This document shows positions 42,977 through 57,615 of a stretch of 64,000 bases of DNA, piece after piece. This DNA comes from the human T2T-CHM13v2.0 reference genome, Homo sapiens: the NCBI RefSeq assembly GCF_009914755.1, contig NC_060930.1. One strand, given 5' to 3'. The stretch's first letter is position 1; each line of letters opens with the position of its first letter. The notes under the pieces are model-generated. The model was given only the letters and a program-made list of their open reading frames with translations, had not been told where the DNA came from and searched no databases. The position numbers and the translations under genes are program-made.

Positions 42977-44002
42977 AGCCCTAGTGGTTTTTAATTAGCC
43001 ATCTTCTGCCCACCATTCAGAATCTTTATTTTTGCTTATGGAAGATTTTCAGAAGAAGCAAGGGAAAAGAGTCAAACCAAATCAAAAACCAAAATAAGAA
43101 CATTCACAAATATTTTATCCCAGGCATGCAGATCAAACAAAATATTAAACTGAATGCACAGACCAAATCAAAAGTAAATTCACCAGAAGACGTGAACAGA
43201 ATGTAAATGCTGTAGAAACCAAGAATACCCAATCTAAAAAGACACTTTTCTTTACACCAGAAAGGACTTACCAGGAAAGACAAAAAGTTTATCATCTCAA
43301 AAGGGATGTATGGTCCTTTATTAAGGTGACCTTATCCAAACCAGATCCCAAATGATATCAAGAAGCCTCTACCAAAAGGAAGGAGGCTCAGCCTGAAAGA
43401 AGATTCACCAGGGCAGAAAAGGCAAGCCGTGGAAGTAGAGTGCTCAGAGCACTCAAGTAAGTACTGCACACTGGTTCCAAGAATCTCTGATTCCTTCAGT
43501 TAATGATCTTTTCAGATCCCGCTTCTGACACTTCTGTATTTCAACCTAAATAACAAATGCCCAAAAGTTATTTGGGATTAGAGCATCACAATGGGAATAC
43601 ACATGCCATAGTAAACCATGTGCTTATTCAGGGAGGTAAAGGCAGGCAGGTTTTTAAAGGAAAAAATGAGGATTACATAATTGTTTTGGAAATAATTATC
43701 CTTGGCTACAAAGATCATTAACAAGGGTAATGCCAGTTCAAGTTTGCACAGGCAGTTTGCTGGGCAGATGTCCTTGTAGAAGTATTTTTTGTATAAGGTT
43801 TAATGGCCTTTGTGCAGGGTTGTGTTTTTTGTAGTCTTTTTTGTTATCAGGCATACAAGCATGAGAACCTTATTTTCATGGCCTTTCCCAGCTCTGTCAG
43901 GATTTTCTTCACATTCATGATTTAATTTTGATTTTGACAACTTTCGTAGTTATTCCATTAACTTGTAATTGTATGTGAGAAAATACTATAAAGAAGGAAT
44001 TG

Positions 44003-44102
44003 GGCTGGTCTGAGTGCAGTGGTCGTTTACATCTAATTGATCACAACCAGTTACAGATTTCTTTGTTCCTTCCCCACTCCCACTGCTTAATTTGCCTAGC
44101 TT
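44003..44102 (+). pseudogene. Y3 RNA (RNY3) retropseudogene
   Basis: GGCTGGTCTGAGTGCAGTGG...CTAATTGATCACAACCAGTTACAGATTTCTTTGTTCCTT...CCACTCCCACTGCTT matches hY3; A-rich tail; TSD aaagaa(g/a)gaattg. Confidence 0.93.
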
Positions 44103-44279
44103 AAAAACAAAAACAAAGAAAGAAAGAATTGGTTAAGCAAATATTCAGGAATAAAACTTCATGTGTCATCATAAAAGTAACTTTAAAAGCAAACATTTTA
44201 AATATACATTTTAACATAAGTTTGAGGGGACTTATCTTTTTCAATCTGACACCGATCTAAATAGTTTTTGCTTCATTTA

Positions 44280-44535
44280 CTTATTTATGAATGAATGAAC
44301 AAGACAAGGTCTTGTTCTGTCGCCCAGGCTGGAGTGCACTGACACCATCATGGCTCACTGCAGCCTCAAACTCCTGGCCTCAAGCCACCCTCTTGCCTCA
44401 GCCTCCTGAGTAACTGGAACTACAGGCATGTGTCACCATGCCTGGTTAATTTTTTTTTTCATTTTGTATTTTTGCCTAGTTAATTAAAAAAAATTTTTTT
44501 AAGAGACAGGGTCTTGCTATATTGCCCAGGCTAGT
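44280..44535 (-). mobile_element. Alu (AluJ-like, partial)
   Basis: Antisense Alu motifs. Confidence 0.8.
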
Positions 44536-44562
44536 TTTTACATCTTTAAAACTGAATACTTA

Positions 44563-44863
44563 GCTGGGTGTGGTGGTGCACATGCCTGTAGTCCTAGCTG
44601 TTCAAAAGGTTAAGGCAGGAAGATTATTTGAGCCTAGGAGTTCTGGGCTCTAGTGCACTATGCTGACTGGGTGTCCACATTAAGTTCAGCATCAGTGTAG
44701 TAAACTCCAAGGAGCTGGGAGCCACCAGGTTACCCAGGGAGGGGTGAACTAGCCCAGGTTAGAAATGGAGCAGGTCAAAACTCCCATGCTGATCAGTAGT
44801 GGGATCATACCTGTGAATAGTCTCTGCACTCCAGCGTGGACAACATAGTGAGACCTCATCACT
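44563..44863 (+). pseudogene. Full-length 7SL (SRP RNA) retropseudogene
   Basis: Contains the S domain absent from Alus (GGAGGGGTGAAC...GGAGCAGGTCAAAACTCCC.TGCTGATCAGTAGTGGGATC); TSD-like ctgaata(c/t)tt. Confidence 0.93.
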
Positions 44864-44976
44864 TTAAGAAAAACAAACCCTGAATATTTTAAGTTAGAGA
44901 TGGAGTTAGAAATACTTTTAGTTATAGCAGAATCATGTCAATTTTTAGTACATCTTTTACTTAGCTTTTTGCACAC

Positions 44977-45268
44977 TTTTTTTTTTTTGAGACGGAGTCT
45001 CGCCCTGTCCCCTAGGCTGGAGTGCAGTGGCACAGTCTTGGCTCGCCGCAACCTCCGTCTCCCAGGTTCAAGCAATTCTCCTGCCTCGGCCTCCTGAGTA
45101 GCTGGGACTATAGGCACCCACCACCATGCACAGCTAATTTTTGTATTTTTAGTAGAGACAGGGTTTCACTATGTTGGCCAGGCTGGTCTCGACCTCCTGA
45201 CCTCGTGATCTGCCTGCCTTGGCCTCCCAAAGTGCTGGGATTACAGGCGTGAGCCACCATGCCCAGCC
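44977..45268 (-). mobile_element. Alu (AluS-like)
   Basis: Antisense dimer. Confidence 0.9.
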
Positions 45269-46030
45269 CCTGCACTAATTTTTTAAACAAAGTCCTGTTG
45301 GTGCTCCCTTCAAAATTTATCTCCAGTCTGACCATTTTACCACTTCTGCAACAACCCTTCTGACTCAGCCACTGTTCTGTTTGGTTTGGGTTACATAGTG
45401 GCATCCTACCTGGTCTTCCTGTTTCCACTCTTATACCACTAGACCATATTCTCCATAAACCACCAGAGTGATCTTTTAAAATAAAAGCATAAATTATGTT
45501 CAAAACCCTCCAGTGGCATCCATCTCATGTAAATAACCACTCCTTCCTACAAGATGCCACCTCACCTGCCCCGACTGCCTCATGATAGTTCCCTCTGCAC
45601 AATGCCCACTTTGCCACAGCTGTGTGCTCCTGCTGGCTCTTGGATGAGCCCACCAGTCACACTTCTGCCTGAGGGCCTTGCACATGCTCTGGTTGCTGCC
45701 TGAGATACTTATCCCCATCACTATGATCACCTTCCCAGAGAGGCATTTCCTGGCCTCCCTATTTCCTCACCACCATCATTTCTGTCTGCTGACTCTACTT
45801 TGTCTGTTGGTTGATTTTTGCACTAAGCGTACTACCAGAAGCTTTCCTCTCAATTTGCTTTCCCACAGTAAAAGAGCAGGGCCTTTGCCTTGTCCATTAG
45901 TTTCTCCTCAGAACAGTGCCTCCCAGGTGTTCAACAAATACTTGCTAAATAAAAGATGGCTGATAGCAAAAATATTTATGTCTATGTATAGGGACTTAGT
46001 TTTTATTGACATTGTGCTTTTATTCCCTAG

Positions 46031-46149
46031 AGACCCTGAAATATGGCGTCTGGCCTGCTTGAAAGTTTGGGGCAGAAGCTGTATTAAACTTGTTCCGTAC
46101 ACGTCCTGGAGAGAGATGTTTTTAGAACGGCCTCGTGTTCGGTTTGATG
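46031..46149 (+). CDS. FBXO9: FBXO9 exon 8 ([14 protein letters not shown]...RPRVRFDG)
   Basis: ccctag acceptor, ATG|GTAAGT donor; 119 nt. Confidence 0.96.
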
Positions 46150-46335
46150 GTAAGTTGGATTCTGTAGAACTCAGCAGAAATACTGATCTATAATGCTGAT
46201 TTTTATAAATACGCCGTTTAAATTTTCTGTGATGAATGTGAGTACTGTAAGCATGTTTAAAGGAAACCACAGTAAATATAATGCTGGGAATATCTGAATA
46301 TTATAATTTTTAACTTTTTAAAATTATTTTCATAG

Positions 46336-46426
46336 GCGTGTATATCAGTAAAACCACATATATTCGTCAAGGGGAACAGTCTCTTGATGGTTTCTATAGA
46401 GCCTGGCACCAAGTGGAATATTACAG
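46336..46426 (+). CDS. FBXO9: FBXO9 exon 9 ([30 protein letters not shown])
   Basis: ttcatag acceptor, CAG|GTACAA donor; 91 nt. Confidence 0.96.
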
Positions 46427-47067
46427 GTACAACTGTAGTACACTGAGTGAGTGGAAAATTCTCTCTCTCCATGTATTAGTTAAATGGACATCTGTTCTTT
46501 GTTGCTTTTGATTGACCCGCAAAATGGCCCTCAGTATTTTTATCTAGTACTCAATGTAGGAATTGCACTAAAAAAAAAAATAGGCTAATATAAATTACAG
46601 AATTTCTTCTGGCCTCTTTTAGATTTCTTCTTGTCTTTTGCCCTGGGTGTATTTACTTGCCTTTTCAAATAGCTTGTGCTTTTATTCCACCTTATTGCTT
46701 GCCAAATATTATTGTCATTTAGAAAAAAATAGACATGTTAACCGTTGTGTGTGGCTCTCACTTTGTTTGAAATTGTTGCTTTGGGAAAAACACAGAACTT
46801 TAATAAAACAATATTTGACTTTTATTCAGTGAGTAAAACTTAAAAGTTCAACAGTTTCCCCTGAGGAAGATAAAATATCTTTGGTTCTTTGTTGCTGGAC
46901 TAACAGGTAGTCAGTAATATTTGTTTTAATGTTTTAGCAGTTCTTTAGCCCGTGGTATTTCAGTGTTGGTTTCATAGCTATGAATAGGCATAGGTACTAA
47001 TAGATAAGGACATATTTTATACTTTGTGTGGGGGGTGTGTTTTGGTCTTCCTTTTCTTATTACATAG

Positions 47068-47163
47068 GTACATAAGATTCTTTCCTGATGGCCATGTGAT
47101 GATGTTGACAACCCCTGAAGAGCCTCAGTCCATTGTTCCACGTTTAAGAACTAGGAATACCAG
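47068..47163 (+). CDS. FBXO9: FBXO9 exon 10 ([32 protein letters not shown])
   Basis: tacatag acceptor, CAG|GTAGCA donor; 96 nt. Confidence 0.96.
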
Positions 47164-47486
47164 GTAGCATTTGTTTTTTAAATGGCTTTCCATCCAGTCT
47201 ATGTTTTATATGGTTCCTTGCAGGTTAAAGTAATCCAGTGCTTCTTTCACTTAATACTGGATGATTTTAAAAGCAATCATTCGGGGTCTTAGGAAAAATA
47301 CCAATTTCTGGGCTTTTCCTTAGAAAATCTACTTCAGCAGGTCTTTGGAGCCTTGGAATTGAGTTTTACTCAATCCTAGCTGATTCTTTTCAAGCAAGAG
47401 TAAACACTGTTGTAATTTGTTACTTCTTAGATTACTTAAATCCACTTAATAACTGATTTAGATTCAATTTGTTTTTTTTTTTTAAG

Positions 47487-47580
47487 GACTGATGCAATTC
47501 TACTGGGTCACTATCGCTTGTCACAAGACACAGACAATCAGACCAAAGTATTTGCTGTAATAACTAAGAAAAAAGAAGAA
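47487..47580 (+). CDS. FBXO9: FBXO9 exon 11 ([31 protein letters not shown])
   Basis: poly-T aag acceptor, GAA|GTGAGT donor; 94 nt. Confidence 0.95.
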
Positions 47581-49114
47581 GTGAGTATACGAGGTGTAAT
47601 TAATAGTTTTCTTATCTTAATAGCCTATTCATCCAAGCAGTCTCGATTAGAACAACAACAAAAAAAACCCTTTCTGATTATTTATACTGTTATATAAAAT
47701 GTATATTAACTTCTAGCAATCACTGAAGAAAGCTGGAGAGTTTTCTAAAATGTTGTTATTTTTTATTGGATCAGCTTTTTTGTTTTTTACCAGATAGTTT
47801 GTTTTTTATATATGAAAATGTAAAGCTGAAATCTCTTGTGAAATAACTAGTAAAATTATACCTGAATATGTTTTTGGCTCTGCTCATGTCGAATCACAGG
47901 GGATTTTTTTTCCTAAATTAGCTCATATAGATAATTCTTTCCATAAGGATATTGTTAGAACTTCAGTTTCTACTGGAAATAACCTAACTTCAGATAATTT
48001 TCTTCTTCCTGTTCTTAAAAAAGGAAAAAAATGCCAAGCAAATATGATTACTGACATTATTACATTCTAGAGTGCTTTAAATTGTCCTAACAGATTGGTA
48101 GCCTAATTTTTTCACCTTTCTCCATATGCACGTTTTCAATCCTGGTTAAAAATTGTTATATGTACCCAAGAAGCCAGTTGTATGGTATTTGGAATAAATA
48201 TTAATATTTACTTGTTGCCTTTATAATTAATACAGCTTTTGAAGGATATTTCTCTTGTATGAAATTCCCCCTTCTCTAACATCATATGTCCAGACAGGGC
48301 AGAGTTTCATCTGCGAGTCCTATCACCTTGTGGCCACCTGTTGCTGGCGTCTCCACTTCCCTCTGATGGGCTCCTGGAGCCTGGGCAGCAGCAGCCTGAG
48401 AGACAGAGAGAGTTGCTTTGACTGTGACTGCAGGTTTCCTGAGGTCAAAATTGGGAATTTGGAAGGCCTTAGTTGCTCAGGTTTTATCTAATTAAAAGAG
48501 TTTAGGAACTCCCATGTAGAATGTCAATTTTCTCTTCAGAATATGATGAAATATTCATAGTGTTTACATTTTTTTGTTTTTAGCAGCAGTATTTGCAGAA
48601 GTGTAATTCTAATGAACCTTGTCACAGCTGTTTGCTCATTTATTTTACTGTTATTGCAAAAGATAAGTTATACTCTGTGCTTTTTCAGCATCCTTCACCA
48701 ATTTATCACTTTCCCTCTTAAAAAATGTCCAAGTGTTTTCCAGTAGAAGGAAATACTAGGCTTAGAGATAGGAGATAATAATTTTACATCCCATCTATGT
48801 AATGTTGGTTACATAGTAGTTTTACCTCCCTGGATCTTCATTTTTTAAGCTAGTAAATAGAAATAATGCAATCATATTTAACACATGAGGTTATTATGAT
48901 GATTAACTGAGATGATGATGATGGGGAAAAAAATCTGATATTTTTAGAGTATTTAACAGTTTTTAAAGCACTCATACATTCTTGTGATAGTCAAAACGAC
49001 TCTTTACTGCATGCAAATATTATGTTACTTTTAGTGTCACTGTTGCATACTATTTCTGTAAACATAGAAGTGAGGTAAGGTTTCATTATAACTTATGCAT
49101 CTTTTCTTTTGCAG

Positions 49115-49266
49115 AAACCACTTGACTATAAATACAGATATTTTCGTCGTGTCCCTGTACAAGAAGCAGATCAGAGTTTTCATGTGGGGCTACAGCTATG
49201 TTCCAGTGGTCACCAGAGGTTCAACAAACTCATCTGGATACATCATTCTTGTCACATTACTTACAA
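49115..49266 (+). CDS. FBXO9: FBXO9 exon 12 ([12 protein letters not shown]...HHSCHITYK)
   Basis: ttttgcag acceptor, CAA|GTAGGT donor; 152 nt. Confidence 0.95.
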
Positions 49267-50221
49267 GTAGGTGAATGCAATAAAAATAACAAGGTTACAC
49301 TATAAATGTATACTTCGTATCCAGCTTAAGAATTTCAGATATGTTTCTAATTTCTCAGAGTTAACACTACATTACAAACTAAAACCAGTACTACTACAAA
49401 CTACTACAAACCAAGAAAATGGCCCAAACGAAAAAGACTAAGCATGCTTGAGGAAGCAGAGCATCTGGAACACTCATATAGTACCCATTGGAATGTGAAT
49501 TGGTACCACCACCACTTTGGAAATGAAAGTAGCATTCCATGGGAAGAATGGTACTTAGTCAGCTGTGAGCTGTCCATGTATGACTTAAAGCCATTTTAAA
49601 ATACCAGATCATTTTTCTTTTCCCACAGTTACCATTTTTTGCTTTATTTCCATTTGTTTTATCCTCAGGGATTATACACTGATTTAATAAAATTGTAGTT
49701 AGGAAAGTAAGTCTACTAAAAAAATAAGAGGTATTCCAAAGCCAAATTTGTTAGGTGATTCCTATTTAAAACTCTTTGTTCTATGCAGTAGCATTTACCT
49801 GTACATCATAATCAGTGAACTGAAGAGGGGAGGTATGAGAAAGGAGCCATACAGAAATATATAAAACTTAAAAAGGAACCAGGGAAGTGAAATATCAAGT
49901 CCTGTGGCAATTAAGGTTAGCTCTTGTTCAATTTGAAAGAATATTGGTACATGACTGAAGGCTCTTCGTTCTGCTTGAATCTAAAATTCTGAGAGAGAAG
50001 TTTTGAGGTCAGCTTCCATTGCCTCTTTGCAACCTTAACCACATTGTTGAAAACTGTGTCACATTTCCACTTTACCGATAACTTTTCCCTGCTCATTTGG
50101 AAGGTCCTGACAACAGAACGTTTTTCTTTCTCATCTTTGCCTACAAATTCTACTATATCTCCTTTTTGCTTCTCTCTCTAATGCTGTGGGATTTTTTTTT
50201 TCTACTTTTCAAAGAAAGAAA

Positions 50222-50520
50222 CCTGAGCAGGTGTGGAGGCTTATGCCTATAATCCCAGGACTTTGGGGGGCCAAGGCAAGAGGATCACTTGAGGCCAAGA
50301 GTTTGAGACCAGCCTGGGCAAAACTGGGTGACCCCATCTCTACAAAAAATAAAAATATTTGCCGGGCATGGTGGTATGCATCTTGAAGTCCCAGCTAATT
50401 TGGAGGTTGAGGTGGGAATATCATTTGAGCCCAGGAGTTCAAGGCTGCGGTGAGCTATGATCACACCACTGCACTCCAGCCTCGGTGATAGAGCAAGACC
50501 TTGTATCAAAAAGAAAAAAA
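50222..50520 (+). mobile_element. Alu (AluJ-like)
   Basis: Sense dimer. Confidence 0.88.
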
Positions 50521-51323
50521 GAAACCAAACCCTGAAGTAGAGCCAAGCAAATGAACAATGGATGGTTATAGTTTATACTTGACCCATTAGAAAAACATTG
50601 TTTATTTAGGAGAAAAAAGGACATTACCAGAGGCATTATTTGTAGCTGCTAATTATCACATTGACTTCCTTGTAATATTTATAAAATCACTTGAATTCTC
50701 TGCTTTCGTTTGTCTCTCTCAGTGGTAGCATAACTTACCACCTACTTTCCCTCCCCCCTGCCTATAATTATGCTGTTGATCATGCAATTATTAAATAATC
50801 AAATTATATTCTAGGAATATAGTTATTTCTGAAACATTTTAAGAAGAACCTAATGTCTATAGCTTCTGACTTAAAAATTCTATCTTAGGAATCTCTGAAG
50901 GACATCAAAATCACATAATTTTTAATTGAGAAATAGTAGACACAACCTAAATCTCCAATTAAGTAAACTGTGGTACAAGCAGACAGTGAAATATCATCCT
51001 GCCACTAAAAATGGTTTCTGAAAAATAATGATGTGGGAAAATACAAATAATTAAATGAAATAAAAAGAATTACTAAGTTTGATCTCAAGAAACACTAGAA
51101 AATATCCTTCATATGGCTCTGAGTGTTGGAATTGTGGTGATGTTTCTGTATACATTTCTAAATTTTTCGAGTTTTCTACAATATGCCTATATTATATAGA
51201 ATTTCCTAAGATGAATTAAAAATAAAAAAGGCTAAAGCATAGAATAACCTTCCCCAAACACACAAGGATTTTAAATGAATTGAAATTTCCTCATACTAGT
51301 AATTTTGTGCTTTTTTTTTACAG

Positions 51324-51432
51324 ATCAACTGGTGAGACTGCAGTCAGTGCTTTTGAGATTGACAAGATGTACACCCCCTTGTTCTTCGCCAGAGTAAGGA
51401 GCTACACAGCTTTCTCAGAAAGGCCTCTGTAG
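51324..51432 (+). CDS. FBXO9: FBXO9 last coding exon ([35 protein letters not shown])
   Basis: ttttacag acceptor; TAG at 51430-51432; total CDS 1314 nt. Confidence 0.96.
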
Positions 51433-51506
51433 AGCCTCAAGTCCAGTCCTCTATCACTTTTGCATGAATTAAAGTATATAGCGCAAAAGAGCACCTAAGT
51501 TATAAA

Positions 51507-51564
<58 letters not shown>
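51507..51564 (+). repeat. (TG)11(TA)18 compound microsatellite in the FBXO9 3' UTR
   Basis: Direct reading. Confidence 0.95.
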
Positions 51565-51567
<3 letters not shown>

Positions 51568-51927
51568 AATTGGAACTTATTTTAAATTGTTGGAGTTCTT
51601 TTAAGAAGAATATAAATTGATTATTTTTTTTATTTAAAGGGATAGTTGATTCCTGGGGTGTTTTGAAATTAAGTTGGAATTAAGTTGCTTAAGCATATTT
51701 ATGTTGTGAGAAACCTTAATATGAGGTTTATCATGCCCTTTTTCAAGCAGATTTATGAGCAGATTTCTGTCACATAAGTCGTCTTCTGCTTGAGTATCCT
51801 AATATTTCAATGCATCAGGGGAGCGCTCCACTGGATAAGCATTTTATTTCCCGCATGGCATAGTGTTTTTGCACTAAAGGCTCAAAGTGTGAGAACCTGT
51901 TCTGGATTTGTTTGAAATTATTTCACC

Positions 51928-51946
51928 AATAAAGATCATAAATAAA
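51928..51946 (+). terminator. Proximal poly(A) signals (AATAAA x2)
   Basis: AATAAA at 51928-51933 and 51941-51946, ~500 nt after the stop, with T-rich sequence downstream. Confidence 0.75.
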
Positions 51947-52049
51947 TGTTTCTTTCAAGAAAATATATTTGGATGGCCTTTTTAAAGTAACAGGATATTT
52001 AATAAGAGTCCTAGATAGCCAGCGGAGACTTTAAGAATCATTGCCTCTA

Positions 52050-53345
<1,296 letters not shown>

Positions 53346-54441
53346 AGAGAGGTTGGCCTTTTGTAGCAATCTGAGAAGTGTGTTTTTCAAGTTGGAAAGG
53401 AAGGAGAAAAGCAACTTGCCTAAGATAAGGTAGCTCTTCATGATATGACTGTTATTTCTGATATACAAATAAATAGAACATGATTAGGACATAGTCAAAT
53501 ATAGCTAGAAAAATATATTCCTAAGGAAAGTGAGATTTGAGGAGTCCCTGTTGTTCTGCAACATCCCTAGATTGAATGATCTGTTGCAGATGGTGGATAC
53601 CAAGTTCAAATTTAAAGATTTCTTTGTAAGCAGTAAAGTGACTTTCACTTATTTAACTTAGAACTGGAAAAAGTAACTTTTTTCCAGATTACATTTTCTG
53701 TATATTTGTAAAATGCAAAAGCAATATATATTTGTTGTGAGAAAATTAGAATATACAGATAAAATAAAATTTAAAAAAACACCCAAAGATAACCAGAAGA
53801 AAATTTTTGCTATGTAACCTTTTTCTTCTGGTCTTTGCAAATCCTGCCGTAGAAACTTTTTAACTTCAGGAGTGTCCTTCCTTTGCTCTATTAGGACATT
53901 ACAGAAACCAATACTATGAAAAGCTGACAGCAGTATCTGGATTAACTTTTTAAAAACAATGAAAGCATTTTACAGAAATTACATTTCAGATCGTGCTGGA
54001 ACTGTGTTCAGAAGATATCCTCAGAGGGAATCTGGCCTGAGCACCATCATGTTTAATTGCCTCCTCCTGTCTTGCATTTTCCTCCCAGCCCCCTTCCTAC
54101 CCCTTAGCAGAGGGCCAGGTGAGGGTGCTTGGGGCCCATGGGGGCTGGGAGTGTAGACTTCAGTTACACCCCCAGCCCCCAGGGGAAAGCATTAGCCTTG
54201 AATCCTCAATCCCAGGCCCTCTACTAACCACTCTCAACCTATGGTATTTATCTTTTGATTATTCTGTGCATCTATAAAAATGGGATTATATTGTACAGAA
54301 TGCTTTGTAAGCTTTCTCTCCCCACATAAGAATGCCCTGTAAGCATTTTGTTAAATATTTTTAATGACTTTAGAGTCCAACTTTATACTCCTCTTTATGC
54401 ATTTTGGTTTTCTAATTTAATGGTAGTGTAAACGTTTTTGG

Positions 54442-54447
54442 AATAAA
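54442..54447 (+). terminator. Candidate distal poly(A) signal for a long FBXO9 3' UTR
   Basis: AATAAA with upstream TGTA and downstream T/GT-rich tract. Confidence 0.5.
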
Positions 54448-55097
54448 CATTCCTGTGGCTAAATCTTTGCATACTTCTTGTATTATTACTTTAAGATGTT
54501 TCTAAGAAGTAGAATGACTGAATCAAAGAGTGAACATTTTAAAATATCTTAAAATATACATTTGGTAAATAATGTATACACTGTAGAAAAACTGGAAAAT
54601 AGATGAGCAGACAGAATAAAATGTAAATTACCTGTAGTCACCTCATCCATTATTCACTTTTTGATTTTAATCATCCTGGCCTTTCACATGTATGTGTGAT
54701 TTTTCAGTCATACAGTGAAACACTTCCAGTTCTGTCTCCTTTATCTGATGCTTTCATGCTCTGGATCTTAAAACCTGGCCAGTCATTTCCCCAGTGATGG
54801 ATGCTGAGTGTCAGCAACAGCTCTAGGTAAGTTGGCAACCATGACATGTATGGGCTAAGGCTTGCAAGGCTTCTCTGGCCACACAGAATCCAATTGCAGT
54901 CAGAGCAGAAACAGAAGCCAAGGCGATGCAGTGGGATCCCAGTTTCACAGTGACCATCCATTGGTCACTGTGACCAGTCACGATAGCCTCCACATCCAAA
55001 AAGTGATTTCAGTCTTTGGTTATGTATAGTGAACAACACCTGCACATTTATCTCCACTGTCTCCTGAAACTCCACTAAAATAGTAGTAAAGAAATAG

Positions 55098-55235
55098 GGC
55101 TGGGTGCGGTGGCTCATGCCTGTAATCCCAGCACTTTGGGAGGCTGAGACCAGGGGATCACTTGAGTGAGGGCAACATAGGGAGTTTGAGGGTAACATAG
55201 GGAGACCACTGTCTTTCAAAAAAAAAAAAAAAAAG
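55098..55235 (+). mobile_element. Alu monomer with an internal ~20-bp duplication
   Basis: gaggg(c/t)aacatagggag occurs twice. Confidence 0.75.
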
Positions 55236-56399
55236 AAAAGACTTAAGTCCTTCAAGACAGGGAGGACAGGAGAGGTGCTGAAAGCAGACAGGACAGGTTA
55301 GAATTTGGAAAATAGAAAGCAGGTGGGCAAGTGGTAAAGTGGCATTAAGCATGGGCTGTGTGTTGAAGTGCTAGATCCACGACTGAGTTCGAGCAAGTTA
55401 GTTAACTCTCCATGTCATGATAAATTAGAGGAAATATTATCATAATACCTACCCACAGAGTTGAAAGGAGTAACAGATAACACTCCACGTTAATTGCATA
55501 GGACAATGCCTGACTGAGTTGGTGCTCAGTAAATAGCAGCCATTATATGTATTATAACTGTTGCTGTTCCAGAGAGATCTGAGACCTCAGCCAGAAGCAG
55601 GGGAAGCTAAAAAGTGCAAATCAACTCAACTGGCCTCCCATGGAAGGTAAGGTACCACATGGAAACAGCAAGACCCTGCGGGAAGTATCCCCAGCCAACT
55701 CCCAGAACTCAAGTTGTCAGGCTCACACCATCAGGCAGGAAAGTGGAGGCTTCCCCTCTAGGAAAAGACCCCTTCCCACAAAAAAAAGACCTACGGATAC
55801 TGACATTTAGGAATCAACAGAATAGGTCCTCTCCCACGCCTCTCAGTCAGCAAGTACCACCTACCCACGTAGTTTCTAGTTAACATCGTAGTGGCTCCTT
55901 CTTGGCTATCAATGGACAAGCAAGGAACACCAAGTATTTGAAGACAAAGTCTAAATGAGTGACAGAGAATCAGACTTTTTAAATAAGCAGAGAAAGGGGA
56001 CATGATGGAAATAAAAAAGTGCAGGTAGTAGAAGAAATCTGAAAAACAAAATTCTATTTCTTCAAAGACATGGAAGAAGAAACAAGAACAAAAGGCTATG
56101 AGGAAACATTGGAAGTCAGAGCCTTTGAATAATACTTAATGTGATAGTGAAATATGTTTAAATGTCAGATGACACATAGAATGTCAAAGCTGGAAGTTTC
56201 CCTAGAAGTCACTTACTGACCAACTATCCCCATGTGGAGGTGAGGAAATGGGGGCTCATGAAGGGTGAAGTTGTTTGCCTCAGGTGGTATAACCAGGACC
56301 CTCACAAATTAAAGGCGTGTATTCATGCAGAGGGCCTGGCAGTTGTAAGCACTCAGTAAATTCTAGTCTTAATAATGTTTATTAAGAACTTAGATGTTA

Positions 56400-56990
56400 C
56401 TGCATGATCTTACTTATTTGTAAAATCTAAAAAAGTCAAACTGATAGAAGAGAGTAGAGTGGTGGTTACCAGGGGCTGGAGGGAAGGGTGGATGGGGAAA
56501 GCAGAGATATTAGTTCAAGGGTATGTAAAGTTTCAGCTAGGAGGAATACATTCTAGTGATCTGTGGCATAACATGGTCACTGTAGTTATTAACAATGCAT
56601 ATGTTTAAATGGCCAAAAGAGCATATTTTAAATGTTCTCACCACAAAGAAAGGATAAGTATATGAGGTGATAGATACGTTAATTAGTCTGATTTGCTCAT
56701 TTTGCAATGTGTACATGTATCAAAACATCACATTGTACTCCACAAACATGTACCATTATTTGTTAATTTAAAAATGCAGAGAATCAAGAACTTATATGTT
56801 CAACCTGGGCAACATAGACCTCATCTCTAGAAAAAATAAAAACAAAATTGGCCAGGCATGGTGGTACGTGCCTGGAGTCCCAGCTATTCAGAAGCCCGAG
56901 AAGTGGAGGCTGCAGCGAGCCAAGATCACGCCACTGCACTCTAGCCTGGGTGACAGAGTAAACCCTGTTTTCAAAAGAAAGAAAGAAAGA
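56400..56990 (+). mobile_element. L1MA-type 3' end followed by a partial Alu (56800-56990)
   Basis: agagtagagtggtggttaccaggggctgg...aaatgttctcaccaca...tgtatcaaaacatcacattgtac. Confidence 0.8.
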
Positions 56991-57307
56991 AATTATATGC
57001 AAGTAATAATAAAGTTGTTTAAAAACTTTGAGAGATTATGTGTTAAGTATGGGGCAGAAGGCCTTCTTTTATATGGATTATCTCATTTGTGCTCACAACA
57101 CACAGGTATTATTGTTCCTATTTTATAAATAAGAAATTTCAGGTTAAGAGAGTTTAAATAAACTTGTCAAGCTCATCCTGGTTACTGAGTAGTGGAGCAA
57201 GGCTAACTCCAGAATGCTTTCTCATAGCCAGAGCCAGGAGTAGAGTCCAGTTCTAAAGAAATAACATCAAAACTCCAATATGTTACAATTCCCACTGGAG
57301 CTTAGAC

Positions 57308-57615
57308 CAGCGCTGCCCACTAGAAATATAATTTGAACCACATATGTAATTTTTAAGTTTCTAGAGCCATTTTTTTATTAAAAAGGTGAAGTTAATTTTA
57401 ATAATTTATTTTAATCCAGTACTATCCAAAACAGTATCATTTTGACACGTACTCAATATAAAAATTACTAATGGGATTTTTTTACACTTTAAAAAATTCT
57501 AAATCTTTGGAATCTGGAGTGTAATTTACACTTCCAGCACACTTCTACTGGCTTAGCCATGTTCCAAGTGCTCATAGCCACATGTGACCAGTGACTACTG
57601 TAATGGACAGCGCAG
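57308..57615. mobile_element. MER3/MER33-like hAT element
   Basis: cagcgctgccca...agccacatgtg...tggacagcgcag termini. Confidence 0.75.

Noticed and set aside
43515-43531. tRNA-Leu-like sequence
   Set aside because: Only a short 3'-end match beside an LTR, so a primer-binding site, not a tRNA gene
45678-46193. 171-aa ORF
   Set aside because: Open intronic frame running into FBXO9 exon 8; only 46031-46149 is bounded by splice sites
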